A DNA stretch of 64,000 bases from IMG/VR virus record IMGVR_UViG_3300046694_000291, positions 20,107-84,106 of that record, one strand, 5' to 3'. This DNA comes from a virus. The first letter of the stretch is position 1; each line of letters begins with the position of its first letter. A program made the translations under genes and the position numbers. The notes beneath the pieces are model-generated. The model had not been told where the DNA came from, made no database searches, and saw only the letters and a list, made by a program, of their open reading frames with translations. This document shows positions 39,384 to 49,400 of this stretch, in pieces.

Positions 39384-40298
39384 GTGGCCGGAGTACGGCA
39401 GATCGTCGAGGGGCCGGGATTCGTCCCGCTCCCCAATTTCCTGTGGGACGCAGCGGAGCACCCGACGGCCGACGCGCACTGGCAGCAGGGCATCACCTGG
39501 ATCGAGCGCTGCGGCGGCGGAGGCACCGTCTACGACGAGTGCATCGCCGTCACAGGCACCGGGGGCACCCCGGGGGCCCAGGCGTCCATGGCCAGCAACG
39601 TCAACCAGGTCAACCGGGGCGCGACGCCGTTCACCGTCTACGCGGAGTTCGACTGCGCCCCGGTCGGCAACGGCCTGACCCAGGCAGATCTGACCGACAG
39701 GGCCGAGGAGGCCCTGCTCCGGATGGAGCCCTACATCGTCAGCCGGGCCTTCTGGACCGGCTCGGCGGGCAAGTCATCCACCACCCCGCAGAACACCGTC
39801 TGGCCCCACCTGGCCTCGAACTCCACCCTGGACGACACCTCGTCCATCCGCCTCCAGACGGCTGCGACCCAGCTCGTCACCGGCGGGGACGATGTGGCGA
39901 TCGCGCTCGGGGCGGTGGAGGCACAGCTCGCGAGCTGCTACGGCGGCCAGGGCGCCATCCACATCCCGTACGCGGCCCTGCCGACCTTCGTGGCCCGGGG
40001 CCTGGTGAAGCAGGAGTCGGTCGGCGGACCGATCTACACCACGGCCGGGAACCGGGTCATCCCGGGCCTCGGCTACTCCGGCTCGGGACCGGACGGCTCC
40101 GCCGCTGCCGCCGGAACGAGCTGGATCTACGGCACCGGCCCGGTGTTCGCCTACCGGTCGGACGTGTTCGCCCGGCCGTTCCCGAGCACCTTCGACCGGT
40201 CCGAGAACACAGTGAAGTACCTCGCCAGCCGGACGTACCTGCTCGGATTCGGGTGCTGCCACGTGGCAGCGCTCACCACGCTCGGCGTTCCCACGTAA
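39384..40298 (+). CDS. major capsid pentamer-like protein
   Basis: HWQQG..C, PFTVYA, TTAGNRVI.G.GY, W.YGTG.V, N....A.RTY pattern; position. Confidence 0.7.
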   Translation: MAGVRQIVEGPGFVPLPNFLWDAAEHPTADAHWQQGITWIERCGGGGTVYDECIAVTGTGGTPGAQASMASNVNQVNRGATPFTVYAEFDCAPVGNGLTQADLTDRAEEALLRMEPYIVSRAFWTGSAGKSSTTPQNTVWPHLASNSTLDDTSSIRLQTAATQLVTGGDDVAIALGAVEAQLASCYGGQGAIHIPYAALPTFVARGLVKQESVGGPIYTTAGNRVIPGLGYSGSGPDGSAAAAGTSWIYGTGPVFAYRSDVFARPFPSTFDRSENTVKYLASRTYLLGFGCCHVAALTTLGVPT

Positions 40299-40308
40299 GG
40301 GGTGAACA

Positions 40309-41007
40309 GTGGTAGCTACCGTTTCTACGTGCGTGACCCCGATCAAGGGAACGCACTACCGGGTCGTCAAGCTCGACGTCTGCGGCAACCCGGTGACCGG
40401 CACCGGGTCCATGCAGATCGTCAGCAAGGGCTTCGTCCAGGTCCAGATGGAGCCGCAGTACGAGGACGGCGAGGAGTTCTTCGAGCGCACCGCCGACGGC
40501 ACCCCCTGCGTCAACCAGAAGGACGACCCGGTCCTCAAGCGTATGCAGCTCACGATCGACTTCTGTGAGATCAACTCGACAGGTACCGCGTACCTGTCCA
40601 GTGCTCGCGAGCTGACCGTGAACGCGGCCGGGGTCACCGGCTCGGGCTTCGCCGTGGCCGAGGGCCAGCCCACCAACCGGTACTCCCTGGAGGTGTGGCA
40701 GAAGGTCGCCGGATCGTCCGCCTGCGACGCCACCGGTGCGCAGCGGTACATCTACAACGCCTGGCCCAACTGCGGCGCCTCCAAGTTCGGCACGTACACC
40801 GTGGAGAACGCCCGCTCGACGCTCCAGATCATGTCCGAGACCCAGGCCGGGTCGACCTCGGCCACCATCGGCTGGCTCCGGGGACCGGACGGCGCCACCT
40901 CCTGGCTCCCGACCGGGGACACCCTCGGCGCCGGAGAGCACTGGCTCTGGAACGTCACCACGACTGCTCCGCCCTCGCCTCAGTGCAACCCGAGTTCGGT
41001 CGCCTGA
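40309..41007 (+). CDS. major tail protein
   Basis: RVVKLDVCG.P, GEEFFERTADG..CV, SLEVW. Confidence 0.75.
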   Translation: MVATVSTCVTPIKGTHYRVVKLDVCGNPVTGTGSMQIVSKGFVQVQMEPQYEDGEEFFERTADGTPCVNQKDDPVLKRMQLTIDFCEINSTGTAYLSSARELTVNAAGVTGSGFAVAEGQPTNRYSLEVWQKVAGSSACDATGAQRYIYNAWPNCGASKFGTYTVENARSTLQIMSETQAGSTSATIGWLRGPDGATSWLPTGDTLGAGEHWLWNVTTTAPPSPQCNPSSVA

Positions 41008-41309
41008 TGGGTGCGGTCCTTCATGCGGAGCAGCGGTGGGTCTGCCCCAACTGTCCGGCTGCCGTACGGACGGCGGGGCAGCCCAACCGCTTCCACAACT
41101 GCTCGGGGCTCGGGGGCCTCTCGGCTCCCATGGTCCTGGAGGGCGTGGACTGCAAGGTCGTCATGGTCGAGCGGGAAGACTACCTCGGCAACGAGGACGC
41201 CAGGCTCGTCAACGGGCGGCCGGTCATGGCCGTCAAGGTCGAACGGGCAGACGGCTCCAGCGACTGCGTCGTCTACGCCCCCACGGCGAAGGCGGTAGGG
41301 GAGAACTGA
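41007..41309 (+). CDS. hypothetical protein
   Basis: WVCPNC..FHNC..EREDY; coupled. Confidence 0.65.
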   Translation: MGAVLHAEQRWVCPNCPAAVRTAGQPNRFHNCSGLGGLSAPMVLEGVDCKVVMVEREDYLGNEDARLVNGRPVMAVKVERADGSSDCVVYAPTAKAVGEN

Positions 41310-41310
41310 G

Positions 41311-41817
41311 ATGGCCTTCACCAGCAGCAGCATGTTCCGGGCCTGGACGGCCGCTGTCCTGGGCCAGGGGCAGACCGCCGCCGTGCTCCCGGCCGCGTAC
41401 GCGGGCCTCGGGGCCGACACGGTCAACGTGGCGCTCTTCAACAACACGGGCACGCCGGACAAGGACGCCGCCCTCACCAGCACCGGCTACAACACCGGTC
41501 AGTGGGTCACGGCGAACGAGGTCACCGGCTCGGGTATCTGGGCTGCGGCCGGTCGGCCCCTGGCAGGCAAGACCATCACCAACCCGGCCACCGGCGTCAC
41601 CATGTTCGACGCCACGGACCTGGCCGGTGCGGGCACCGGCACCCTGGCCAACGTCTACGGCTGCCTGGTGTACGACGACACGATCACCGCCGGGACCGGC
41701 GGCGTAGCCGACGAGGGGATCTGCTTCAACTACTTCGGCGGTGCGCAGTCGGTGACCTCCGGCACTTTCACGATCGTCTGGAACGCCAACGGCATCGCCC
41801 GGATTACCTCGTCCTGA
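41311..41817 (+). CDS. virion structural protein
   Basis: Gly/Thr-rich beta protein, ANEVTG..FDATD..FTIVWNANGI. Confidence 0.65.
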   Translation: MAFTSSSMFRAWTAAVLGQGQTAAVLPAAYAGLGADTVNVALFNNTGTPDKDAALTSTGYNTGQWVTANEVTGSGIWAAAGRPLAGKTITNPATGVTMFDATDLAGAGTGTLANVYGCLVYDDTITAGTGGVADEGICFNYFGGAQSVTSGTFTIVWNANGIARITSS

Positions 41818-41835
41818 TCGGTCGGGGGTGATGTC

Positions 41836-43410
41836 GTGACGAGCTTCAGCGACGACTTCAACCGAGCCAACGGAGCCCCCGGAGCAAACTGGGTCGACGG
41901 AACCGGCCTGTGGACCATCGTCTCCAACCAGCTCAGCTCTGGATCAGCAGGCGGCACAATCGTCATCCGTGCCGCTACTGCGATGGCCACCAACGACAAC
42001 AGCGCCCAGATCACGATCCCTGCTACTGCGGCCCTCAGCCACGGCGTCTGGTGCCGGGGCAACACCGGTTTCACCCAGGGCTACCTGTGGCGCAACGACG
42101 GCACCTCATGGAACCTCTTCAGCAACGTCGGCGGCTCGTTCACATCGATCGGGTCCTTTGCCGGAGCGGCCGTTGCAGGCGACATCGCCAAGGTGCAGGC
42201 CGTCGGCTCCACCATTAAAGGCTTCGTCAACGGTGTCGAGCGGGTCAGCGTTACGAATACTGCTGTCACGACCGGAACATCCGTTGGTCTCCGGGCAGAG
42301 TCGTCCAACTCTCTCCGGTTCGATGACTTCAGCGCGGCGGATGTCTCCAGCGGGACCACAGCCAACGCGGACGTGGCCGCTGCGACCGTCACCGGGTACG
42401 ACGCCACGGGGGCGGTCTCCGGTCTGCCCGGACAGGCAGCGACGGCAGCGGACGCGGGTGCGGCCCCAGCCTCCATCGGAGCATTGGCCGGGCAAGCCGC
42501 TGGAGCCGCTGACGCCAGTGTCTCAGGAGCCTCCTCGGGAGCCCAGGCCGGGATCTCCGGGGCTGCGGCGGACGCCCTGGCCCCGTCGGCCGCCCTGACC
42601 GTCCTGCCTCCGGAGACGGCCGCTCAGGCCGTTTCTCCCGGAATCGGGAACACGGACGCTACGGTGCAGGGGACCGAGGTTGCCGTGGTCGGCTCCTCCG
42701 CCCTGGATTCCTCGGTCGCGCTCGGGGTGTCGGCCGGTGCTGTGACCGTGTCGGCCGACGCCTACGACGCCACCACGACCTCCGCCCCGATCGTCAATGC
42801 CAGCGCGGAGGCCGCAACAGCCGGAGCCGCCGCTCTCGACGCCTCGGCCGCCGTGTCCGCCTCGGCAGGGACGGCCGCCGGGACAGCGGACGGACAGGAC
42901 GCCGGAACGTCCGTCACGGTCCAGGGCACCGGGACAACGGCCGGGACAGCCGACGCCGGGCAGGGGACACCCCTGGTGGGGGCGGTTCCTCCGGCCGGGA
43001 GTGCCACTGCCGCCGTGGACAACGCACTCGCGGCCGTTACCGTCCTCGCCGAAGCAGCTCAGGTGGTCGCCTCGGCCTGGGACGTGTCCTTTTCCACGCA
43101 CCTGGACGTGTCCGCCGGAGTGTCCCTGGTGTCCGCGTCCGCGTCCCCGGCACTGTCCGCCCACGGAGCTGTCCCCGGGACAGCAGGCGCGGTCGTCTCG
43201 GCCGGGGACATCAGTCTTCTGGAGCACGGCACGGACAGCCGGGAGCGTGTGTCCGGCACAGAGCCGGGTCCGGCGCGCGGCAGGGAGCCCGCCGCCTCGG
43301 CCGCCGGAACGGAACCGGGCGGGAGCAGGGGGCGGGCGCCGGTATCTTCGGTGCAGGGCGTCCGGCCGGTCGGCCGGGTCAGCGGAAGGGAACCGGGCAG
43401 TGGCCAGTGA
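41836..43410 (+). CDS. virion fibre/decoration-like protein with Ala-rich repeats
   Basis: FSDDFNRANG beta-sandwich N-domain followed by A/G/S/T/V repeats. Confidence 0.65.
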   Translation: MTSFSDDFNRANGAPGANWVDGTGLWTIVSNQLSSGSAGGTIVIRAATAMATNDNSAQITIPATAALSHGVWCRGNTGFTQGYLWRNDGTSWNLFSNVGGSFTSIGSFAGAAVAGDIAKVQAVGSTIKGFVNGVERVSVTNTAVTTGTSVGLRAESSNSLRFDDFSAADVSSGTTANADVAAATVTGYDATGAVSGLPGQAATAADAGAAPASIGALAGQAAGAADASVSGASSGAQAGISGAAADALAPSAALTVLPPETAAQAVSPGIGNTDATVQGTEVAVVGSSALDSSVALGVSAGAVTVSADAYDATTTSAPIVNASAEAATAGAAALDASAAVSASAGTAAGTADGQDAGTSVTVQGTGTTAGTADAGQGTPLVGAVPPAGSATAAVDNALAAVTVLAEAAQVVASAWDVSFSTHLDVSAGVSLVSASASPALSAHGAVPGTAGAVVSAGDISLLEHGTDSRERVSGTEPGPARGREPAASAAGTEPGGSRGRAPVSSVQGVRPVGRVSGREPGSGQ

Positions 43411-43741
43411 CCGCATCACCATCGGGCCGTACGTCGTCGGGGAGAAACCGGCTCCGCTGGAGTACACCTTCCTGGACTCGGACGGCGTGCCGATAGACCT
43501 CTCCGGTTACACAGCGAAGTTCATCGTGCGGCCGGTCGACAGCGACATCTCCGTCACCTACAACGCGACCGTCACGACCCCGGCCGCCGGGGAGGTGACC
43601 TACACCTGGGACGGAACGGAGTTCGCGGAGCAGGGCCCGCACTGGTCCGAGTTCTGGGTCGGCAACAGCACGAACCGCTTCGCGAGCCTGCGCCTGGAGT
43701 ACTCGGTCAGGGCCTCGGTCGGCCCGGTTCCTGCTGTTTAA
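43400..43741 (+). CDS. BppU-like Ig-fold virion protein
   Basis: GVPIDLSGYTAKF..GEVTYTW. Confidence 0.6.
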   Translation: MASDRITIGPYVVGEKPAPLEYTFLDSDGVPIDLSGYTAKFIVRPVDSDISVTYNATVTTPAAGEVTYTWDGTEFAEQGPHWSEFWVGNSTNRFASLRLEYSVRASVGPVPAV

Positions 43742-43795
43742 CTTATTCGGTCCGACGAATACACATACGGTTCCGGAGAGCTACATTCCTTGAAA

Positions 43796-43913
43796 CTACC
43801 GGTCCGTAGCGTAACAACTTCCTCAGATTCCCTTCTGAGGAGCGAACTTCGAGGAGTGGCCCACTCGTACCACCCACTCCGAGTTCGCAGTCACCCAGGT
43901 CAGAGTGGGTGTG
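43796..43913 (-). repeat. dispersed ~115-bp intergenic element, copy 3 (inverted)
   Basis: Reverse complement aligns with copies 1 and 2 block for block. Confidence 0.85.
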
Positions 43914-43973
43914 GAACGATCAACTGATACGGCGTAGGACACTGGGCCGTATAACGAACCGGTGGGAGAGACC

Positions 43974-44771
43974 ATGACGGCGGACTTCGGACCCTGCGAC
44001 CGCTGGCCTGTGCGTTGGGTCTGCGACGTGTCGGCGGAGTCCCCCTCCGCCACCGGATACGCGGTCTCCTCGGCCACCCGGATCCTGTGGGCACTGACCG
44101 GCCGTCAGTTCGGAACCTGCACCACGACCCTGCGCCCGTGCCGGGTCGACTGCCACGGCTCGTGGCCCGGCGGGGGCTGGGACATGTGGTCGATGCCGAC
44201 TACGTACGGTTACGGCTACCTGGACGGGATGTACTGGTACCCGCTCGGCTGCGGTGGCTGCAACGCGGGCGCGTGCGGCTGCGAGCGCGTGTCCGAGACC
44301 CGGCTGCCGGACGTCGTCAGCTCCATCGTGCAGGTCAAGGTGGACGGCTCGCCGCTCGTCACCGGTGCCTACCGGGTGGACAACAACCGGCTGCTGGTGC
44401 GGACCGACGGGGGCGAGTGGCCCCGGTGCAACAACCTGAGCAAGAACGACACCGAGGCGGGCACCTGGTCCGTCACCGCCGTCTACGGACAGCCGGTCCC
44501 CGAGGGCGGGCAGCTCGCGGCCGGGGAGCTGGCCTGCGAGATCCTCAAGGCGATGCGCGGCGAGGACTGCCGCCTCCCGGCCGGGGTCACCCAGCTCGTC
44601 CGGCAGGGAGTGACGATCTCCGTCCCGGACTTCGGCGACATCCTGATGAAGGGCCGCACCGGCCTGTACCTGTGCGACATGTTCATCATGTCCGAGAACC
44701 CCAAGGGACTCCGGCAACGCGCCCGGGTCTACAACATCGACCAGCCCGGCCCCCGGAGGGCGAACACATGA
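43974..44771 (+). CDS. head-to-tail adaptor
   Basis: ATRILWALTGRQFG.C..LRPC..WPRC..LACE..CRLP..RQGVT. Confidence 0.8.
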   Translation: MTADFGPCDRWPVRWVCDVSAESPSATGYAVSSATRILWALTGRQFGTCTTTLRPCRVDCHGSWPGGGWDMWSMPTTYGYGYLDGMYWYPLGCGGCNAGACGCERVSETRLPDVVSSIVQVKVDGSPLVTGAYRVDNNRLLVRTDGGEWPRCNNLSKNDTEAGTWSVTAVYGQPVPEGGQLAAGELACEILKAMRGEDCRLPAGVTQLVRQGVTISVPDFGDILMKGRTGLYLCDMFIMSENPKGLRQRARVYNIDQPGPRRANT

Positions 44772-45283
44772 GCAACCGCTACTCCGGCAACCTGCGCTGG
44801 TACACCCTGGCCAGTGACCTGCTGTCCTACGTGAACGCCAACACCACCTCGCGGTTCGAGCGCGTGGTGGTGACGCCGGGGCTCATCGCCTGGGACGGCT
44901 GCGACTGCGGCGCCCTGTACCTCATGGTCAACCAGACGTACGACTGCGAGGACTTCCCCATGCAGAAGGTCACCAACGACCTCAGCGACGGGTGCGGTGC
45001 TCCGTACGAGGCCAGCGAGCTGGTCCTCCAGTGCATGCAGTGCGCCCCGAGCCCGCAGGGCGGCGCCAATGCCCCGACCGTGGAGGCCGAGGACGCGGCC
45101 TCCCGCATCCTCCGGCGCGACGCGTACGAGATCCGCAAGGCCGTCCGGGGATGGCTGTGCCAGCAGCGCAACGACGACGAGATCACGGACTTCATCCTGG
45201 ACGTGCAGATCGTCCAGGGGCCGAGCGGCGGCTGCGTCGGGACCGAACTGCGGTTCCGGGTCGGCCTGGACATGGAGGTGTGA
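44768..45283 (+). CDS. tail terminator/completion protein
   Basis: PG.IAWD.C.CG.L..GPSGGCVG; position. Confidence 0.65.
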   Translation: MSNRYSGNLRWYTLASDLLSYVNANTTSRFERVVVTPGLIAWDGCDCGALYLMVNQTYDCEDFPMQKVTNDLSDGCGAPYEASELVLQCMQCAPSPQGGANAPTVEAEDAASRILRRDAYEIRKAVRGWLCQQRNDDEITDFILDVQIVQGPSGGCVGTELRFRVGLDMEV

Positions 45284-45284
45284 C

Positions 45285-45677
45285 ATGGCGATGACGAGGC
45301 GGGGCGACTTCCTGTCCATCGACCAGCGCAAGCTGCGCCAGGTCGCGGGCCGGGGCGCCGGGCTCAAGGTCCGGGAGATCACCGTGAAGACGGCCGTCGT
45401 CGCGAGCACCATCGCCCCCGGCTCCATGAAGCAGGCCGTCCGGCCGATCATCTCCGGGACCAAGAACGCCCCCTTCGGCATCGTGATGGTCGACCACCCG
45501 GCGGCCGGATTCGTCCTCAACGGGACCAAGGCCCACCCGATCTTCCCGAGCCGGAAGAAGGTGCTGCGCTTCGTGGTCGGGGGCCGGGTCGTCTACAGCA
45601 AGCGCGTCGACCACCCCGGCACCAAGCCGAACAACTTCCTCATGAAGGCCATGCTGATCGCGAGCGGCCGGAACTGA
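45285..45677 (+). CDS. neck/tail completion protein (HK97 gp10-like)
   Basis: GTKAHPI..VDHPGTKPNNFL. Confidence 0.7.
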   Translation: MAMTRRGDFLSIDQRKLRQVAGRGAGLKVREITVKTAVVASTIAPGSMKQAVRPIISGTKNAPFGIVMVDHPAAGFVLNGTKAHPIFPSRKKVLRFVVGGRVVYSKRVDHPGTKPNNFLMKAMLIASGRN

Positions 45678-45717
45678 CCGGACCGATCTTGTCCCGCGAG
45701 CATCTATCGTGATCGCC

Positions 45718-46182
45718 ATGAAGGACTTCACCAGGCAGGCCCGAGTCGTCCAGTTCACGATGGACGGCGACACGTTCCGGGGAAAGCCCCATCTCCCCGC
45801 CCAGGTAATGATCGACTTCACGCTGAAGGTCGGTCAGGTCGAAGAAGAGTCGGCGACTCCCCAGCAGGGCTTCGACACGATGATGGAGTGCCTGGAAATG
45901 GTGCTCATGGCGGACAGCTACAAGCTGTTCCGGTCCCGCATGAAGGACCCCAAGACCGAGACGGGCCCGGACGCAGCCTCGGCCCCCGAGTTCGTGCCGA
46001 TCGAGCTGGACCAGGTCACCGAGGTGCTGGACTACGTGATGGGTGAGTACGGGCTGCGCCCTACGAAACCGTCGGAGGACTCGTCGCCTGGGCAGCCAAG
46101 CCCGGAGTCTGGCACGAACTCGACGGACAGTACCTCGGACGCGGTGTCGACCTCGGCGAACTCCCCTTCGACCGATTCCTGA
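45718..46182 (+). CDS. tail assembly chaperone (G)
   Basis: Immediately upstream of the tape measure gene; ends YGLRPT + S/T-rich tail. Confidence 0.75.
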   Translation: MKDFTRQARVVQFTMDGDTFRGKPHLPAQVMIDFTLKVGQVEEESATPQQGFDTMMECLEMVLMADSYKLFRSRMKDPKTETGPDAASAPEFVPIELDQVTEVLDYVMGEYGLRPTKPSEDSSPGQPSPESGTNSTDSTSDAVSTSANSPSTDS

Positions 46183-46421
46183 ACATCGTCTACTACGAGC
46201 TGACGCAGCGGCTCGACTACGACCCCCAGAAGCAGGGGGACGCCGAGCGGGCGCGCAGGGAACTGGACGCCAAGCTCAAGACCAAGCGCTGGCGCGTCAG
46301 CCCGGCGGACGAAGACCCGTACGCAGGAGCCGTGGAGGACCCCGGAGCACCGTGGTGGTGGGACGGTGACGAAGAGGCCTCGGACTCCTTCCTCGCAGCA
46401 CAGGGGGTGAATCTCGACTGA
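46047..46421 (+). CDS. tail assembly chaperone T segment (-1 frame, no start codon)
   Basis: Open frame PYETVGGLVAWA..DRFLNIVYYEL..APWWW..NLD*, whose stop overlaps the TMP ATG. Confidence 0.65.
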   Translation, partial: VRAAPYETVGGLVAWAAKPGVWHELDGQYLGRGVDLGELPFDRFLNIVYYELTQRLDYDPQKQGDAERARRELDAKLKTKRWRVSPADEDPYAGAVEDPGAPWWWDGDEEASDSFLAAQGVNLD

Positions 46422-49400
46422 TGGAGACTGGAGCGACAGCGGTCGTCGGCAGGGGTCTTGTCGAGATCCTCCCCGACTTCAAGAAGTGGGGCGCCCAGCT
46501 CGCGTCCGACATGCGGCTGGCCCGGACGCAGCTCGACGGCTCGGCCGCCGGGCTGCGCCGGTCGGCCGCCACGGTCGGCAAGTCCATGGCCGTGATCGGC
46601 AAGGGCACCACGGCCCTCGGCCTCGGGGTCGCGGCCGTGTCGGTCAAGATGGCCGCCGACTTCCAGAGCCACACCGCCGTGCTCCAGACGGCCGCCGGAG
46701 AGACGGCCGAGGGACTCAAGGTCGTCCGGTCCGGGATCAAGAACATCGCCGTCGGCACCGGCACAGGCATCGCCAACCTGACCGACGGCATGTACACGAT
46801 CGAGAAGGCGGGCTTCCGGGGCTCGGAGGGCCTCAAGGTGCTGAAGGCGGCGGCACAGGGCGCGCGCGAGGAGAACGCCAAGCTCAGTGACGTCACCAAC
46901 GCCATGACCTCGGTCATGGCCTCCTACCACCTCAAGGCCGACAAGTCGGTCCAGGTCATGAACGCGATGAAGACCGCCGCCGGTGAAGGCAAGATCACCA
47001 TGGAGGAGTTCTCCGGCGCGCTGTCCACCGTGCTCCCCATCGCCTCGGCCAACCACATCGCCTTCGAGGACGTGGCCGGGTCCATGGCCACCCTCACCCA
47101 GCACGGCACCTCCGCCCGTGAGGCCACCCACGAACTCGGCGCGACCATCCGCGCGCTCGCGTCCCCGAACCTGGTGGCGTCGCGCGAGATGACCCGGTTC
47201 GGCCTCTCCTCCGTCGACGTCTCCAGCAAGCTCGGTGAGCGCGGTCTGTCCGGCACCGTGAACCTGCTCGTCAAGACCATCCTCGACAAGATGGGCCCGG
47301 CCGGGGTCAAGCTCCAGAAGCTGTTCGAGGGCACCAAGCAGTCCAGCCAGGACGCCCAGATCATGCTCAAGAGCATGACCGGCGACCAGAAGAAGCTGGC
47401 CCAGGAGTACCTCAAGGGCGACATGATCCTTGAGGACTGGAACTCGACCATGAAGGGCATGCCGGTCTCCGCCCAGCCCGCCCTCCGCAACTTCAAGGTG
47501 CTGGTCGACCGGAGCCGGGGCTTCAGCCGGGAGCTGAAGAACGGCGGTCCGGCCAGCCAGACCTTCACCGACGCGCTCAAGAAGATGGCGGGCGGTGCGA
47601 TCGGCCTCAACACCGTCCTCCAGATCACCGGGGAGTCGGCCGAGGGCAACGCGGAGCGCATCAAGAAGGTCGGCGAGTCCTTCCACAACAACTCCAAGGA
47701 CGTGGAGGGCTGGAAGATCACCGCTGGCCTGCTCAACGTCCAGCTCGACCGGATGAAGGCCCAGTTCCAGGTCCTCGCGATCGACATCGGGACCAAGCTC
47801 ATCCCTGTGGTGAGCGCGATCGTCGGGTACTTCGCCGAGAACCGGCAGATCCTGCTCGCACTGGCCATCGCCATCGGCACCTTCATCACGGTCACCTCGG
47901 CCGCGTTCATCGCTACGAAGCTCTGGGCCGCCGCGATGAAGGTCGCTGCCATGGTCCAGGGGATCATCACCGCCGCCACGTTCGTCTGGACCGTCGCCAC
48001 GATGGCCCAGACCGACAGCTTGATCGCCATGCGGCTCCAGCTCGGGCTCCTCGCCATACAGGAGAAGGTCGTCGCGGCGTGGACCGCCATCACCTCGACC
48101 GCTTTCTGGGGCCTGGCTGCGGCCATCCTCGCCAACCCGATCACCTGGATCGTGGTCGGGGTGGCGGCGCTCGTCGCCGGGATCTACCTGCTGGCGACGA
48201 AGACGAAGTTCTTCCAGACGATCTGGTCGGCCACCTGGGGCTTCGTCAGGAAGGTGTTCTCGGCCTTCATCGGCTGGCTCAAGAACAACTGGCAGCTCGT
48301 CGTCTGGACCATCCTCACCGGCGGCATCGGTCTCGCGGTCGCGATGATCGTCCGGCACTGGGAGGGGGTCAAGCACGCCTTCTCCGTCAGCATCGACTGG
48401 ATCAAGCACAACTGGCCGCTCCTGCTCGCCATCCTCACCGGGCCGATCGGCCTGGCCACGTACTGGATCGTCACCCACTGGAAGATGATCAGCGACGGGG
48501 CCAAGAAGGCCTTCGACGCGACCATCGACTGGGCGGTCGGCTTCGGGAAGGCGATCGGCTCGTTCTTCTCCAAGCTGCCGGGGCAGATCGCCGACTTCTT
48601 CAAGGCCCTGCCGGACGCCATCGGCCACTGGTTCGCCACGACCGGGGTCAAGATCTTCGACTGGTTCCGGACCCTGCCCGTGAAGATCATGAATGCCGCG
48701 AACAGCTTCAACACGGCCCTGGAGAAGACCGGCCAGAGCCTGATCGAGGGCATGTTCCACGGCATCGCGACCTTCTTCACCAAGGGCATCCCGGCCGCCG
48801 CCAAGGCGGTCAAGGACGGGGTGGTGTCGTTCTTCAAGGCCGTGTTCGGGATCCACTCCCCGTCCACGGTCATGGCCGCCATCGGCATCGATCTGATCAA
48901 GGGGTTCTTCCAGGGCATCGCCCAGCAGGCGGCCGGGATCGCCACCTGGCTGCGGTCGCACGTCTACAACCCGGTCGTCAACTTCTTCGCCCGCGTCTCG
49001 GTGTGGATCTACACCCAGGGCCGCAACCTGTTCTTCGGGTTCCTGCGGGGTGCCCTCTCGGTCGTCCAGGGCATCGGTTCCTGGCTGCGGTCTCACGTCC
49101 GGACTCCGCTCCTCAACTACTTCGGACAGGCGGACACCTGGCTCAAGAGCCACGGCCGGGACATCATCAACGGACTCCTGAGCGGCTTCAAGCAGAAGTG
49201 GGCCGACGCCATCGACTGGATCAAGGGGATCAAGGACAAGGTCGTCGGAACGATCAAGAAGGCGTTCGGTATCAGCTCCCCGGCCAAGAGCATGATCCCC
49301 CTCGGCGTCCACATCATCGCCGGTCTGATGAAGGGCCTCCTCGGCTCGGGTCCGGTGCTCCGGTCGGCGGTGAAGACCATCTTCGGCAACATCACCGGCC

